From: Candidatus Angelobacter sp.
Lineage (GTDB): Bacteria > Chloroflexota > Limnocylindria > QHBO01
NCBI GenBank assembly: GCA_035463095.1
Contig: DATHTR010000046.1
Coordinates: 165-64,164, forward strand
Direction: 5' to 3'
Length of the DNA: 64,000 nt
The notes beneath the pieces were generated by a model. That model searched no databases. It worked only from the letters and a program-made list of their open reading frames with translations, and had not been told where the DNA came from. The position numbers and the translations under genes were made by a program. This document shows, one piece after another, positions 9,152 through 18,489 of this stretch. Numbering within the stretch: position 1 is the first letter of the stretch; each line of letters opens with the position of its first letter.

Positions 9152-10588
9152 ATGCCGCGCACGAAGCTGGTCTGCACCATCGGCCCCGCGACCATGGAGC
9201 GCATCGACGAGCTCGTCGGGGCCGGCATGGACGTGGCGCGCATCAACTTCTCGCACGCCACGCCGGACGAGCGAGTCACGGCCGCGAGCCGCGTTCGCAC
9301 GGCTGCCGATGGCGCCGGGCGGCCCGTCGGCATCCTGGCCGACCTGGCGGGGCCGAAGATTCGGCTCGGCGCGCTTGATGACGACTCGATCGAGCTCGAG
9401 GCGGGTCAACGATTCGTGCTCGTGCCCGGCGCCGATGTCCCCGGTTCAAGGCGCGGTGCCGGGGTGACCTACCCGCGCCTGGCGCGGGATCTGGAGACCG
9501 GCGACCGGATCCTGCTCGCCGATGGCGCCGTCGAGCTCCGCGTGGCCGCGACGCACGGTGACGACCTCGAGACCGAGGTCGTGCGCGGGGGGCGGATCCG
9601 ATCGCGGGCCGGCGTCAGCGTGCCGTCCGAGCGGCTCTCGAGCCCGGCGCTCACCGATCGCGACCGGGCCGACGTGCCGGCGACGGTCGAGATCGGTGCC
9701 GACTATGTGGCGCAGTCCTTCGTGCGCCGGGCCTCGGACGTGGCCGAGCTCCGCGCCCTGCTCGGCCGGGAAGGGCCGCCGATCGTGGTCAAGGTCGAGA
9801 CACGTCCGGCGATCGACGACTTCGACGCGATCTGCGATGCCGCCGGCGCCGTGATGATCGCCCGCGGCGACCTCGGGGTCGAGCTGCCGTACGAGGAGGT
9901 GCCGATCATCCAGAAGCAGCTCGTCCGGCGGGCGCTGGACCGTGGGATCCCGACGATCGTCGCGACCCAGATGCTGGAGTCGATGATGACCTCGCCCCGT
10001 CCGACCAGGGCGGAGACGAGCGACGTGGCGAACGCCATCCTCGACGGTGCCGATGCGATCATGCTCTCGGGTGAGACCGCCATCGGCGAACACCCCGTCC
10101 TCGCGGCCGAGGCGGCCGTGCGCATCGGGCGGTTGGTGGCTGAACGTGGCCGAGCCTTCCTGCCGGTGGGCGGCACGCCCGCCGTCGACACCGATGCGGG
10201 TGCCCTCGCCACCGCCGCAGCGGCCATTGCGGCCACCGAGCACGACGTCGCGGCCATCGCCTGCTACACGCGCAGCGGAGAGACGGCCCGCATCATCGCC
10301 GCGCGCCGGCCTCCCGTTCCGATCCTCGCCTTCTCGCCGAACCCGGAGGTCGTCCGCCGGCTCGCGCTCGTCCGCGGCGTCGAGCCGCGACCGTGCGTGC
10401 CTCCGTCGGAGGCCGGGGAGCGGCTCGGCCTCATGGCCTGGCTGCTCGCGGAGGAGCGTTCGCTGTCTCCCGGCTCGGCGGTGGTGCTGGTCGCGTCGAC
10501 GGCCACCCCCGGATCGGGACCGAACCTGCTCGAGCTCCATCGCGTCCGCGGCGACGCCGAGTCTCAGGACCTGCGGCCACCACCGTAG
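9152..10588 (+). CDS. pyk: pyruvate kinase (478 aa)
   Basis: MPRTKLVCTIGPA...MDVARINFSH, GPKIRLG, MIARGDLGVE, ATQMLESM. These are typical pyruvate kinase signatures. Confidence 0.95.
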   Translation: MPRTKLVCTIGPATMERIDELVGAGMDVARINFSHATPDERVTAASRVRTAADGAGRPVGILADLAGPKIRLGALDDDSIELEAGQRFVLVPGADVPGSRRGAGVTYPRLARDLETGDRILLADGAVELRVAATHGDDLETEVVRGGRIRSRAGVSVPSERLSSPALTDRDRADVPATVEIGADYVAQSFVRRASDVAELRALLGREGPPIVVKVETRPAIDDFDAICDAAGAVMIARGDLGVELPYEEVPIIQKQLVRRALDRGIPTIVATQMLESMMTSPRPTRAETSDVANAILDGADAIMLSGETAIGEHPVLAAEAAVRIGRLVAERGRAFLPVGGTPAVDTDAGALATAAAAIAATEHDVAAIACYTRSGETARIIAARRPPVPILAFSPNPEVVRRLALVRGVEPRPCVPPSEAGERLGLMAWLLAEERSLSPGSAVVLVASTATPGSGPNLLELHRVRGDAESQDLRPPP

Positions 10589-11538
10589 GCGACGCAATGC
10601 TCGGCGAGGCCTCGGGCATCGAGCCCCGCCCCGACGCCGAGCGCGACCAGGACGCGCGCCTTGAGCCCATCCAGCGTGCCGCTGAAGATGGCACCCGCCT
10701 CCCACCACTGCGAGCTGCCGCCTCGGAAGCCATATCCCGCCCGCGGGGCCCCGCTCGGGCACCGCGTGGTGAGCACCACCGGCACGCCGGCATCGATCAG
10801 CGGCCTGGCGAGCTCGAGGTACGCGGGCGGCGTGTTGCCCCCTCCGGCCGCGGCGACCACGAGCCCGGCCGGCGGCGGCTCCCCTGCCGATGGCTCGTCG
10901 TCGAGGACCGCCGTCACGAGGCGGACCGGAACCGCCGCCCGATCGGGAATCCGCGGCAGCGGCACGCGCGCCCGGCGCCGTCGCAGGCTGACGGCCCCAT
11001 CGGCAATGGTGCCCAGCGGGCCGAGGTTGGGGCTGCCGAAGGTGGCGTGCGCGTGGGTGTGGCGCTTCCGCACGTCATCGGCGCCGTGCAGCTCGCCCGC
11101 CATGGCCACCACCACCCCCTGCCCGGACAGGCCCGCATCGGCCGCGGCCGCGACGGCATTCCGCAGGTTCTCGGGACCGTCGTAGGCCTCCTGCGAGGCC
11201 GATCGCATGGCGCCCACGACCACGACCGGCTTGTCGCCGAGCGGCAGCAGGTCCCAGGCGAAGGCGGTCTCCTCCATGACATCGGTGCCCTGCACCACGA
11301 CCGCGCCATCGATCTCCGGGCGGGCGAGCGCATCGCGGAGGATGCGGCCGATCTCGAGCACCTGCTCGAAGCGCAGGTGCGAGGCCGGAACCAGGCCCCA
11401 GTCGACGGCCTCGACCGCCGCGGACAGATCCGGCACCGAGGCCAGCAGATCGGCTCCGCGCAGCACGGGGACGTTGCCTCCGTCGGCCTGGCGCATGCTG
11501 ATCGTTCCGCCGGTGAACACGACGGCGATGCGAGCCAT
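10564..11538 (-). CDS. ansA: L-asparaginase, type I family (324 aa)
   Basis: N-terminal IAVVFTGGTISM (TGGTI catalytic motif) and VVVQGTDVMEETA. Convergent 25-nt 3' overlap with pyk. Confidence 0.85.
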   Translation of the reverse strand: MARIAVVFTGGTISMRQADGGNVPVLRGADLLASVPDLSAAVEAVDWGLVPASHLRFEQVLEIGRILRDALARPEIDGAVVVQGTDVMEETAFAWDLLPLGDKPVVVVGAMRSASQEAYDGPENLRNAVAAAADAGLSGQGVVVAMAGELHGADDVRKRHTHAHATFGSPNLGPLGTIADGAVSLRRRRARVPLPRIPDRAAVPVRLVTAVLDDEPSAGEPPPAGLVVAAAGGGNTPPAYLELARPLIDAGVPVVLTTRCPSGAPRAGYGFRGGSSQWWEAGAIFSGTLDGLKARVLVALGVGAGLDARGLAEHCVAYGGGRRS

Positions 11539-11694
11539 GGGCCGATCCTACGCCGCCGCGTGGCGCCTCGACGCGAACATGACGCGTTTCGTCATGGTTG
11601 CGGTCGAGACTCCAGGGCGCGGTCAGCAGTCTGCGGAAATCCGCGCTATTCTGGCCGCCGCCCTCGACGGATCGATCGCAGTACGAGCAATCCC

Positions 11695-12681
11695 ATGACC
11701 GCTGCCCGCTCCCCGATGATCGAGGCCACCGGCCTCCACAAGTCCTTCGGTGACACGCATGCCCTGCGTGGTCTCGACCTGTCCGCCGAGGAGGGCACCA
11801 TCCTCGGCGTTCTCGGCCCGAACGGCGCCGGCAAGACGACCGCGGTGCGCATCCTCACCACCCTGACCCGGCCGGACAGGGGCGAGGCCAGGGTGGCCGG
11901 CGTCGACGTGCTCGAGCAGCCCGGCGAGGCTCGGACGCGATTCGGCGTCGCGGGCCAGTACGCTTCGCTCGACGAGCTCCTGACCGGTCGCGAGAACCTG
12001 GAGATGATCGGTCGCCTGTATCGCCTGTCCGGCGCCGAGGTTCGCCAGCGCACGAACGAGCTCCTCGAACGCTTCGAGCTGACCGATGCCGCGACCCGAC
12101 CGCTCAAGACCTACTCCGGAGGCATGCGTCGCCGCCTCGACCTCGGCGCGGCGCTCATGTCGCGACCACCGGTGATCTTCCTCGACGAGCCGACCACCGG
12201 CCTCGATCCGAAAGGGCGACTGTCGATGTGGGAGCTCATTGCCGATCTCGCGAAGGGCGGCACGACCGTGCTGATGACGACCCAGTACCTCGAGGAGGCC
12301 GACCGCCTGGCGGACCAGATCGCGGTCATCGACCATGGCGTGGTCATCGCCAGCGGCACGGCGAACGAGCTGAAGCGGACGGTCGGGGGGGAACGCCTGG
12401 AGGTCGTGATCGACAACCCGGTGTACCTCCCTGTTGCCCGGCGTGTGCTCGAGTCGATCAGCGATGCGTCGGCCGCCGTCGACGAGACCGCGAAGCGCGT
12501 GAGCGTCCCGATCGCCTCGCATGACGGTGTCCTGACGAAGGCGATCCGAGACCTGGACGAGGCCGGGGTGCACGTCGACGACATCGGCTTCCGACGGCCA
12601 ACCCTGGACGAGGTGTTCCTGGCGATCACCGGACGCCCGGCGGAGGAGCGTACCGACGCGATCGAGGGGGTGACGGCATGA
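11695..12681 (+). CDS. ABC transporter ATP-binding protein, DrrA-like (328 aa)
   Basis: ORF 10393..12681 trimmed to ATG 11695. Walker A GPNGAGKTT, signature YSGGMRRRL, Walker B VIFLDEPTTGLD. Confidence 0.9.
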   Translation: MTAARSPMIEATGLHKSFGDTHALRGLDLSAEEGTILGVLGPNGAGKTTAVRILTTLTRPDRGEARVAGVDVLEQPGEARTRFGVAGQYASLDELLTGRENLEMIGRLYRLSGAEVRQRTNELLERFELTDAATRPLKTYSGGMRRRLDLGAALMSRPPVIFLDEPTTGLDPKGRLSMWELIADLAKGGTTVLMTTQYLEEADRLADQIAVIDHGVVIASGTANELKRTVGGERLEVVIDNPVYLPVARRVLESISDASAAVDETAKRVSVPIASHDGVLTKAIRDLDEAGVHVDDIGFRRPTLDEVFLAITGRPAEERTDAIEGVTA

Positions 12682-13472
12682 CCGCGACGATCGGCTGGGT
12701 CCGCGATTCGTGGGAGATGATGCTCCGCAACCTGATCCACATCCGCCGCACGCCCGAGCTCCTCCTCGACGTGACGCTCAGTCCGATCATGTTCGTGCTG
12801 CTGTTCAACTTCGTGTTCGGCGGCGCGATCGGCCAGTTGGTCGGAGCCCAGGGCGGCGAACAGCAGGACTACATCAACTACATGATGTCCGGCATCTTCG
12901 TCCAGACGATCGCCTTCGCGGGCATCTACACCTCTGTCCTGCTTGCGAACGACCTCCAGAAGGGGATGATCGACCGCTTCCGCTCGCTGCCGATGTCGCA
13001 GTCGGCGGTGCTCGTCGGCCGGACCGTCACCGACCTTCTGCGCGCCATGCTGGCCATCGCGATCATGTTCATCGTGGGACTCCTCGTCGGATTCCGGCCC
13101 GAGGGCGGCGTCTTCGGCAACCTCGCCGCCGTTGGGCTGATGCTGCTGTTCGGCTTCGCCCTGTCGTGGGTCGGCGTCGCCGCCGGCGCGCTGGTGCGGA
13201 CGCCCGAGGCGCTCCAGGGAATCATCTTCGCGGTGGTCTTCCCGCTCACGTTCGTGAGCAGCGCGTTCGTTCCGACCGCGACGATGCCCGATTGGCTCGA
13301 GTGGTTCGCCGAACGCCAGCCGATGACGCTGGTGATGAACGAGGTCCGCGACCTGACGCTGGGCATCAACCTGTACGACGCCGAGCTTGCCGCCATCGCG
13401 TGGTGCGTGGGCATCCTCGCCGTCGCGTTCCCGCTGGGGCTCGTGCTCTACAACCGACGCACGACCCAGTAG
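12678..13472 (+). CDS. ABC-2 type transporter permease, DrrB-like (264 aa)
   Basis: ATGA overlap with the ATPase gene. Six hydrophobic helices. Typical ABC-2 exporter size. Confidence 0.85.
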   Translation: MTATIGWVRDSWEMMLRNLIHIRRTPELLLDVTLSPIMFVLLFNFVFGGAIGQLVGAQGGEQQDYINYMMSGIFVQTIAFAGIYTSVLLANDLQKGMIDRFRSLPMSQSAVLVGRTVTDLLRAMLAIAIMFIVGLLVGFRPEGGVFGNLAAVGLMLLFGFALSWVGVAAGALVRTPEALQGIIFAVVFPLTFVSSAFVPTATMPDWLEWFAERQPMTLVMNEVRDLTLGINLYDAELAAIAWCVGILAVAFPLGLVLYNRRTTQ

Positions 13473-13500
13473 GCCGCACCGGTCCGGCTATCCTCGTCCG

Positions 13501-14061
13501 ATGCACGCGGACCGCCCCGATCCCCACGCCATCGTGCGGCCGCTTCTCCGTGCGCGCCAGGTCCGCCAGTTCACCGACGAGGCGGTCGACGCCGCAGCCC
13601 TCGATGCCCTGGCGGACGTCGGGCGCTGGTCCGGATCGAGCAAGAACAACCAGCCGTGGCGGTTCATCGTCATCAGCCAGCGCGAAACGCTCCGACGCCT
13701 GGCCGATCCCGGCATGCCGTTCACGCGGGCCCTGCAATCGGCCGCCGCCGGCATCGCGATCAGCCTTCCGGAGCAGCCCGGCTGGAAGATCTCGCACGCC
13801 TACGATGAGGGCCGCGCCGCCGAACGCATCCTGATCGCCGCCTCGATGCTCGGGCTCGGCGCCGGCATCGCGTGGCTCTCCGACGATGCGCGCGCGGCCG
13901 CGAGCGAGATCCTTGGCCTGCCGGAAGACCGGTTCGTGCGGACCGTCATCGCGCTGGGCCATCCGACCGACGAGGCCCGGCGGCCCAAGTCGGAGCGTGG
14001 CGATGCGCGCCTCCCGCGCGAGGAGACCGTCTTCGCGGGACGCTGGCCGACGGGCGAGTAG
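13501..14061 (+). CDS. nitroreductase family protein (186 aa)
   Basis: ORF 13387 trimmed to ATG 13501. RARQVRQFTDEAVD...SGSSKNNQPWRFIVI is the classic nitroreductase N-terminal pattern. Confidence 0.75.
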   Translation: MHADRPDPHAIVRPLLRARQVRQFTDEAVDAAALDALADVGRWSGSSKNNQPWRFIVISQRETLRRLADPGMPFTRALQSAAAGIAISLPEQPGWKISHAYDEGRAAERILIAASMLGLGAGIAWLSDDARAAASEILGLPEDRFVRTVIALGHPTDEARRPKSERGDARLPREETVFAGRWPTGE

Positions 14062-14096
14062 CCGGTACGGGTTCGTCGAGGCGAGTGCTTGACCGA

Positions 14097-14483
14097 TCAG
14101 CGCTCGACGAGCGCGTCCCACAGGTGGTCGAACGTCGCGTCGGGGTCGTCGGTCACGCCGGCGTGAAGCGGGCCGGGTTGAACGAGCGTGCTGCGCGGCG
14201 TGGTCAGCCAGTGGAACCGCTGCGACTGGTCCATCCGCGCGAACGGACCCGTGGCCACCGACCCGCGGGCGACCTCCTCGACCAGGGCGAGCTGCTCGCG
14301 CAGGCCGTCGAGGTCGCACCCGGGGTTGAGCGCGCGCAGCGCATCGACGTCGAGCTGGGTGCGCGCACGCAGATACCGGCGCTCCCGTGAGAAGACGATC
14401 AGTCCCGCGTTCACGAACTCCTCGCGCTCGACATCCGGGACCACCCGGAGGACGGCGTACGAGAACGCGCTACGCGGCGGCAT
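14097..14483 (-). CDS. DUF3037-like protein (128 aa)
   Basis: ORF 14097..14681 trimmed to ATG 14483. FSYAVLRVVPDVEREEFVNAGLIVFS...RFHWLTTPRSTLVQ matches my recollection of DUF3037. Overlaps the upstream kinase-like gene by 14 nt. Confidence 0.6.
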   Translation of the reverse strand: MPPRSAFSYAVLRVVPDVEREEFVNAGLIVFSRERRYLRARTQLDVDALRALNPGCDLDGLREQLALVEEVARGSVATGPFARMDQSQRFHWLTTPRSTLVQPGPLHAGVTDDPDATFDHLWDALVER

Positions 14484-15261
14484 GCTGCGCCTCGTGCCGC
14501 GCGCGCTCGGCCTCCCCCACCCAGGCCGGACGGGCCTCCAGCCGCGTCGCCAGATATGCACGGTACGCACCGCGCTCGGCGGCCTGATCATCGAAGCGCG
14601 AGTCGCGCAGCCATCCCTCCGGGACCGCGGCGACGATACGGTCCAGGTCGGGCAGGGACAGGCGCGGCGCCATGCGCGCATCGGCCTCGACGATGGAGGC
14701 GGCGAACGGAAGGAGCACGTGGTCGCCGATCAGGGAGAAGGGTCGGCGTGCATGCTCGTCAGGTTCGGTCCAGGCGTGGTGGACATAGAGCGCCGACCCG
14801 TGGTCGATCAGCCAGGTCCGGCCACCGCCCACCACGATGTTCGGGTTGCGCGGCGTTCGGTCGGGATTGGACACCAGCGAGTCGAACCAGACGACGTCGG
14901 CCGCCCAGTCCGCGCCCTCGGCCGGTGCGCGAGCCAGGTCCGGGCCCAGGGCTCCGGCCACGAACGCCAGGCCGATGTTCAGCCCGATCGACCATCCGAG
15001 CAGGTCACGGACCTCGTCATGGGACTCGCCCCGCGCGATCGCCTCCGGCAGCTCGGCCAGCACGATCTCGGGCACCGGCAGGCCCAGCGCGCGGCCGATC
15101 TCGCCGGCGACGAGCTCGGCGATGAGCGCCTTCTCCCCGTGTCCGGCACCGCGGAACTTGATGACGTACTCGCGGCCGTCGTCGGCCTCCACGAGTGCCG
15201 GCAGGGAGCTGCCCTCGTGCAGAGGCACGGCATAGCGGGTGATCTGAACGGTCCGCAGCAT
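14470..15261 (-). CDS. short HipA-like serine/threonine kinase family protein (263 aa)
   Basis: ORF 14470..16188 trimmed to ATG 15261 (MLRTVQITRY). Motifs YVIKFRG, SNPDRTPRNPN and LIDHGSAL fall in HipA-kinase order. The upstream part of the ORF is R/P/S-rich junk. Confidence 0.7.
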   Translation of the reverse strand: MLRTVQITRYAVPLHEGSSLPALVEADDGREYVIKFRGAGHGEKALIAELVAGEIGRALGLPVPEIVLAELPEAIARGESHDEVRDLLGWSIGLNIGLAFVAGALGPDLARAPAEGADWAADVVWFDSLVSNPDRTPRNPNIVVGGGRTWLIDHGSALYVHHAWTEPDEHARRPFSLIGDHVLLPFAASIVEADARMAPRLSLPDLDRIVAAVPEGWLRDSRFDDQAAERGAYRAYLATRLEARPAWVGEAERARHEAQHAAA

Positions 15262-15363
15262 CGGCGCAGAGTGTACGGGCCGATCGGTCCCTTCGGCCCT
15301 GTTCGGCGCGGCCGGCCGTCTGCGATGGTCGCCGGGCGACAACCCGCAGGGAGGCCGGTGGAC

Positions 15364-15732
15364 ATGGCCTGGACCGGATCGATCGAGGACGCGGCGCGTG
15401 CGAACGGCCACTTTCGCCGCGTGCTGTACACGGGGCCACACGCCCAGCTGGTGGTGATGAGCATCCCGCCCGGCGAGGAGATCGGCGAGGAGGTTCACAA
15501 CGACGGGGATCAGATGCTCACGTTCGTGAGCGGCAGGGGCGAGGCAACTCTCGACGGTGACACCACCGCCGTCGGGCCCGAGGATTTGGTGTTCGTGCCG
15601 GCCGGGACGCGGCACAACATCCGAAATGCCGGCGACGACGACCTCAAGCTCTCGACCGTGTACGCACCGCCGGAGCACCCTGACGGCACGGTGCATCGCA
15701 CGAAGGCCGAGGCCGACGCGGCCGAGCATTGA
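15364..15732 (+). CDS. cupin domain protein (122 aa)
   Basis: ORF 14188 trimmed to ATG 15364 (GGGAGG upstream). Cupin motifs GEEIGEEVHNDGDQ and VFVPAGTRHNIRN. Confidence 0.8.
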   Translation: MAWTGSIEDAARANGHFRRVLYTGPHAQLVVMSIPPGEEIGEEVHNDGDQMLTFVSGRGEATLDGDTTAVGPEDLVFVPAGTRHNIRNAGDDDLKLSTVYAPPEHPDGTVHRTKAEADAAEH

Positions 15733-15787
15733 CCCTCTGACGCCGCCGCCGACGGAACGCCGTGACCGGCGCGGGCGTCCAGCGGGC

Positions 15788-16555
15788 ATGAGGATTCGAC
15801 TCGCGGCGGCGCTCGTCGCCGTCCTGGTGGTTGCCGGCTGTGACGCGCTCTTCCCGCCGGGGGGCGACGCCGGGCCGATCGACGGTGAATGGCGCCTGAC
15901 CGGCGGGTCCCACGATGGCCTGCCCCTTCCCATCCCGCCGGAGGCCCCGATCTCGCTGGTCGTCGACGGCGACGAGGTCGGAGGACGGGCGGCCTGCAAC
16001 CAGTACGGCGGCGAGGTGACCCTCGATGGCGATGACGTCACGTTCGGCGCAATGTCGATGACCGAGATGGGCTGCGACCCCGCGATCATGGACGCCGAGT
16101 CGGCGTACCTCGCCGCTCTGGCTGACGTCGAGCGCTGGGTGCGCGACGGAGCGACGCTGCGGCTCATCGGCAACGAGGTGGAGCTCACCTACGAGCTGGT
16201 GCCCCCGGCCCCGGACGCCGCCCTGGTCGGGACGCGATGGCGGCTCGACGGGCTCGTGGACGGTGACGCGGTGTCATCGACGATGGGGGATCCCGCGACG
16301 CTCGAGCTCCGCGAGGACGGCACCCTGACCGGGACGACCGGGTGCCGCACCTTCGACGGCCGCTATGAGCTCGATGGGAATGCGGTCCGAGTGACCGACC
16401 TCGCGAACGACGACCGCGCCTGCCCGGGGCTCGAGACGCAGGACGAGCACGTCCTCGCCGTCCTCGCCGAGGGCTTCATCCACGCCGTCCAGGGCGAGCA
16501 GCTGACGCTCACTGCCGGCCGGATCGGCCTCGTCTACCTCGCAGAGACCGAGTAG
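15788..16555 (+). CDS. lipoprotein with two META (HslJ-like) domains (255 aa)
   Basis: ORF 15557 trimmed to ATG 15788. Lipobox VVAGC. Two repeats of the W-R-L...GCN/GCR pattern (GEWRLTG...AACNQYGG; TRWRLDG...TGCRTFDG). Confidence 0.8.
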   Translation: MRIRLAAALVAVLVVAGCDALFPPGGDAGPIDGEWRLTGGSHDGLPLPIPPEAPISLVVDGDEVGGRAACNQYGGEVTLDGDDVTFGAMSMTEMGCDPAIMDAESAYLAALADVERWVRDGATLRLIGNEVELTYELVPPAPDAALVGTRWRLDGLVDGDAVSSTMGDPATLELREDGTLTGTTGCRTFDGRYELDGNAVRVTDLANDDRACPGLETQDEHVLAVLAEGFIHAVQGEQLTLTAGRIGLVYLAETE

Positions 16556-18186
16556 CGGACCACCCAGGCCGGCACCGGCTCGCGCTTCCCCTTCAGGGTG
16601 AGCGGACCGAGCGCGACGGCCTCGAGCTCGTGGGTCTCGAGCAGCGGCTCGATGGCCCGGCGCGTGGACGACGAGATCACGACCTGCCCGGGCGAGCCGG
16701 CGCCCATCAGCCGGGACCCGAGGTTCGTGGTGTCGCCGATGGTGGCGAAGCTTCGACGGCCACCGGCGCCGACCGTGCCGACCGCTGCCGGGCCGGTGTT
16801 CACGCCGACCCGGAAGCGAGGCCAGCGTGCGCGCGACTCGGACATGCGGTCCGCGGCGTGCACGAGGTCGAGGGCGCACCGGACCGCACGCGCGCCGTGA
16901 TCAGGTTGGTCGCCGACCGCGTTGAACAGCACGAGAATCCCGTCCCCTGCGAAGTGCTCGATCGCCCCGTCGGCGGCCTCGATGACCGGCACCGCCGCCT
17001 CCCACTGCTCGTTGAGCATGGTGATGACCTCGGTCGGGTCGTGCTCCTCGGAGAAGCTCGTGAAACCGGCCAGGTCGGCGAAGACGACGCTCACCTCTCG
17101 CTCCTGTGGCGGATCGGAGGCCACCGATCCGCTTCGCAGCTGATCGGCGTACGCGCGCGGCAGATAGGGACGGAACAGCTCGTCGACGCGTCGGATCTCA
17201 CGGGCGGCCTGGAGCATCAGGGCAAGCTGATCGCTCGATGCTCCCTCGCGTCGCAGCTCCGCCACGAGCCGATCCGGTGACTCGCCCCGGGCCTCGGCCT
17301 CCGCCAGATCGGCGATGGCCCGGCCGTGCCAGCGGTCGATCTGATCGAGCGTCGCGCGCTGGTAGATCGGCTCGAAGGTTGCCACGAGCGAGCCGGTCCG
17401 GCGGTACTCGTGGCGGGCGCCGATGGCGATGAGCCCGAATGCGGCGGTCATCAGGACGTGCCACTCCCACCAGCTCAGATGCCAGCTGCGGCTGAACGCC
17501 ACCGCCACCATGGCCTCGGCCAGCAGGACGAGGGCCGCGGCGATGACCAGGGCGAAGCGGCTCGCCCGTCGTCGGGCGATCTGCGCATACCGCCAGGCGG
17601 CGAAGCCGTAGAGCCCCACCGTGCCCACCGCCGCAATCGCGACCACTGTCCCGGCCTCCTCCGTCGGCGGCCCGTCGAGCGGCGGCAGACGCAGCAACGA
17701 CACGACGGCCCAGCCAAGCAGGAGCGCGATCACTCCGCCTCGCAGCCAGCCGCGGTGGCGGAGGATCCAGCCGGCGCGCGGGCCGGCCAGCGGACCGGTC
17801 GACGCCGCGGCTGCCACCGAAGCCAGCACGAGTCCCACCGGCGTGGCCACGAAGAATCCGGTGTTCGGCTCCGGCAGCAGGACGCCCGGCGTGGCGAGCG
17901 CATGCAGGCCGAGGAACCCCGCGCTGAGGAGGAACGCGAGCGAGACGAGCACGACACGCGCGTCGGCGTGCCGCGAGGCGGCCTCGTTGGTGAGCAGCGC
18001 GAGCGCAATGCTCAGCGCCGCGGCGAGCAGGACGAGCCAGAAGTGGCTCGGCTGGTGCTCCCAGCGCACGTCCAGCTCGGGACGGGCGAGCAGCAGGGCG
18101 AGTCCCGCGAGCGGCAGGGCGAGTGCGGCGAGGACCGGCCACCCGGGGACGGTCCCGCGATCGCCGGTGGCGTCGCGGTCTGCCAT
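16534..18186 (-). CDS. membrane-anchored class III adenylate/guanylate cyclase (550 aa)
   Basis: ORF trimmed to ATG 18186 (MADRDATG). N-terminal multi-TM region. C-terminal cyclase domain VSVVFADLAGFTSFSE...HFAGDGILVLF...RVGVNTGPAAVGTVG...GDTTNLGSRL. Confidence 0.85.
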   Translation of the reverse strand: MADRDATGDRGTVPGWPVLAALALPLAGLALLLARPELDVRWEHQPSHFWLVLLAAALSIALALLTNEAASRHADARVVLVSLAFLLSAGFLGLHALATPGVLLPEPNTGFFVATPVGLVLASVAAAASTGPLAGPRAGWILRHRGWLRGGVIALLLGWAVVSLLRLPPLDGPPTEEAGTVVAIAAVGTVGLYGFAAWRYAQIARRRASRFALVIAAALVLLAEAMVAVAFSRSWHLSWWEWHVLMTAAFGLIAIGARHEYRRTGSLVATFEPIYQRATLDQIDRWHGRAIADLAEAEARGESPDRLVAELRREGASSDQLALMLQAAREIRRVDELFRPYLPRAYADQLRSGSVASDPPQEREVSVVFADLAGFTSFSEEHDPTEVITMLNEQWEAAVPVIEAADGAIEHFAGDGILVLFNAVGDQPDHGARAVRCALDLVHAADRMSESRARWPRFRVGVNTGPAAVGTVGAGGRRSFATIGDTTNLGSRLMGAGSPGQVVISSSTRRAIEPLLETHELEAVALGPLTLKGKREPVPAWVVRYSVSAR

Positions 18187-18196
18187 GCGGACCAGC

Positions 18197-18373
18197 CTAC
18201 CCGACGACCGATACCTCGGCGGGGCGATCGGCCATGACCATCGCCACCGCAGCGACGAGCGCGATGGCGAGGATCCCGAGGCCGACCCAGGTCGGCGAGA
18301 AGGCAAACGCGGCGGCGAGGCCCAGGAACAGGCCGACGCTCACGACCGAGGCGGAGAAGATGGCGGCACGCAC
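18197..18373 (-). CDS. possible 58-aa two-TM membrane protein upstream of the cyclase
   Basis: ORF 18197..18439 trimmed to the in-frame GTG at 18373, preceded by AGGAG with 8-nt spacing. VRAAIFSASVVSVGLFLGLAAAFAF...LGILAIALVAAVAMVM. Ends 10 nt before the cyclase start. Confidence 0.4.
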   Translation of the reverse strand: MRAAIFSASVVSVGLFLGLAAAFAFSPTWVGLGILAIALVAAVAMVMADRPAEVSVVG

Positions 18374-18489
18374 GGGTGGAACTCCTGGTGGGCGGTTGTC
18401 GTACCGCTCCACGGTCGTCGACGCGGCGCGCGGTGCCATCCGACCGATGCGGCACGGTCCCTACGACATTCGGCCGAAGAACGGGCCGG

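Noticed and set aside
11578-11596. Palindrome CATGACG-cgttt-CGTCATG between the asparaginase and ABC exporter genes
   Set aside because: The 7-bp inverted repeat is real but isolated. There is no adjacent regulator and no second copy. I note it only as a weak operator/hairpin candidate, not a feature.
10393-11694. Upstream 434 codons of the 762-aa ORF that ends as the ABC ATPase
   Set aside because: This part is antisense to the asparaginase gene and crosses the intergenic region. ABC ATPase homology begins only at ATG 11695.
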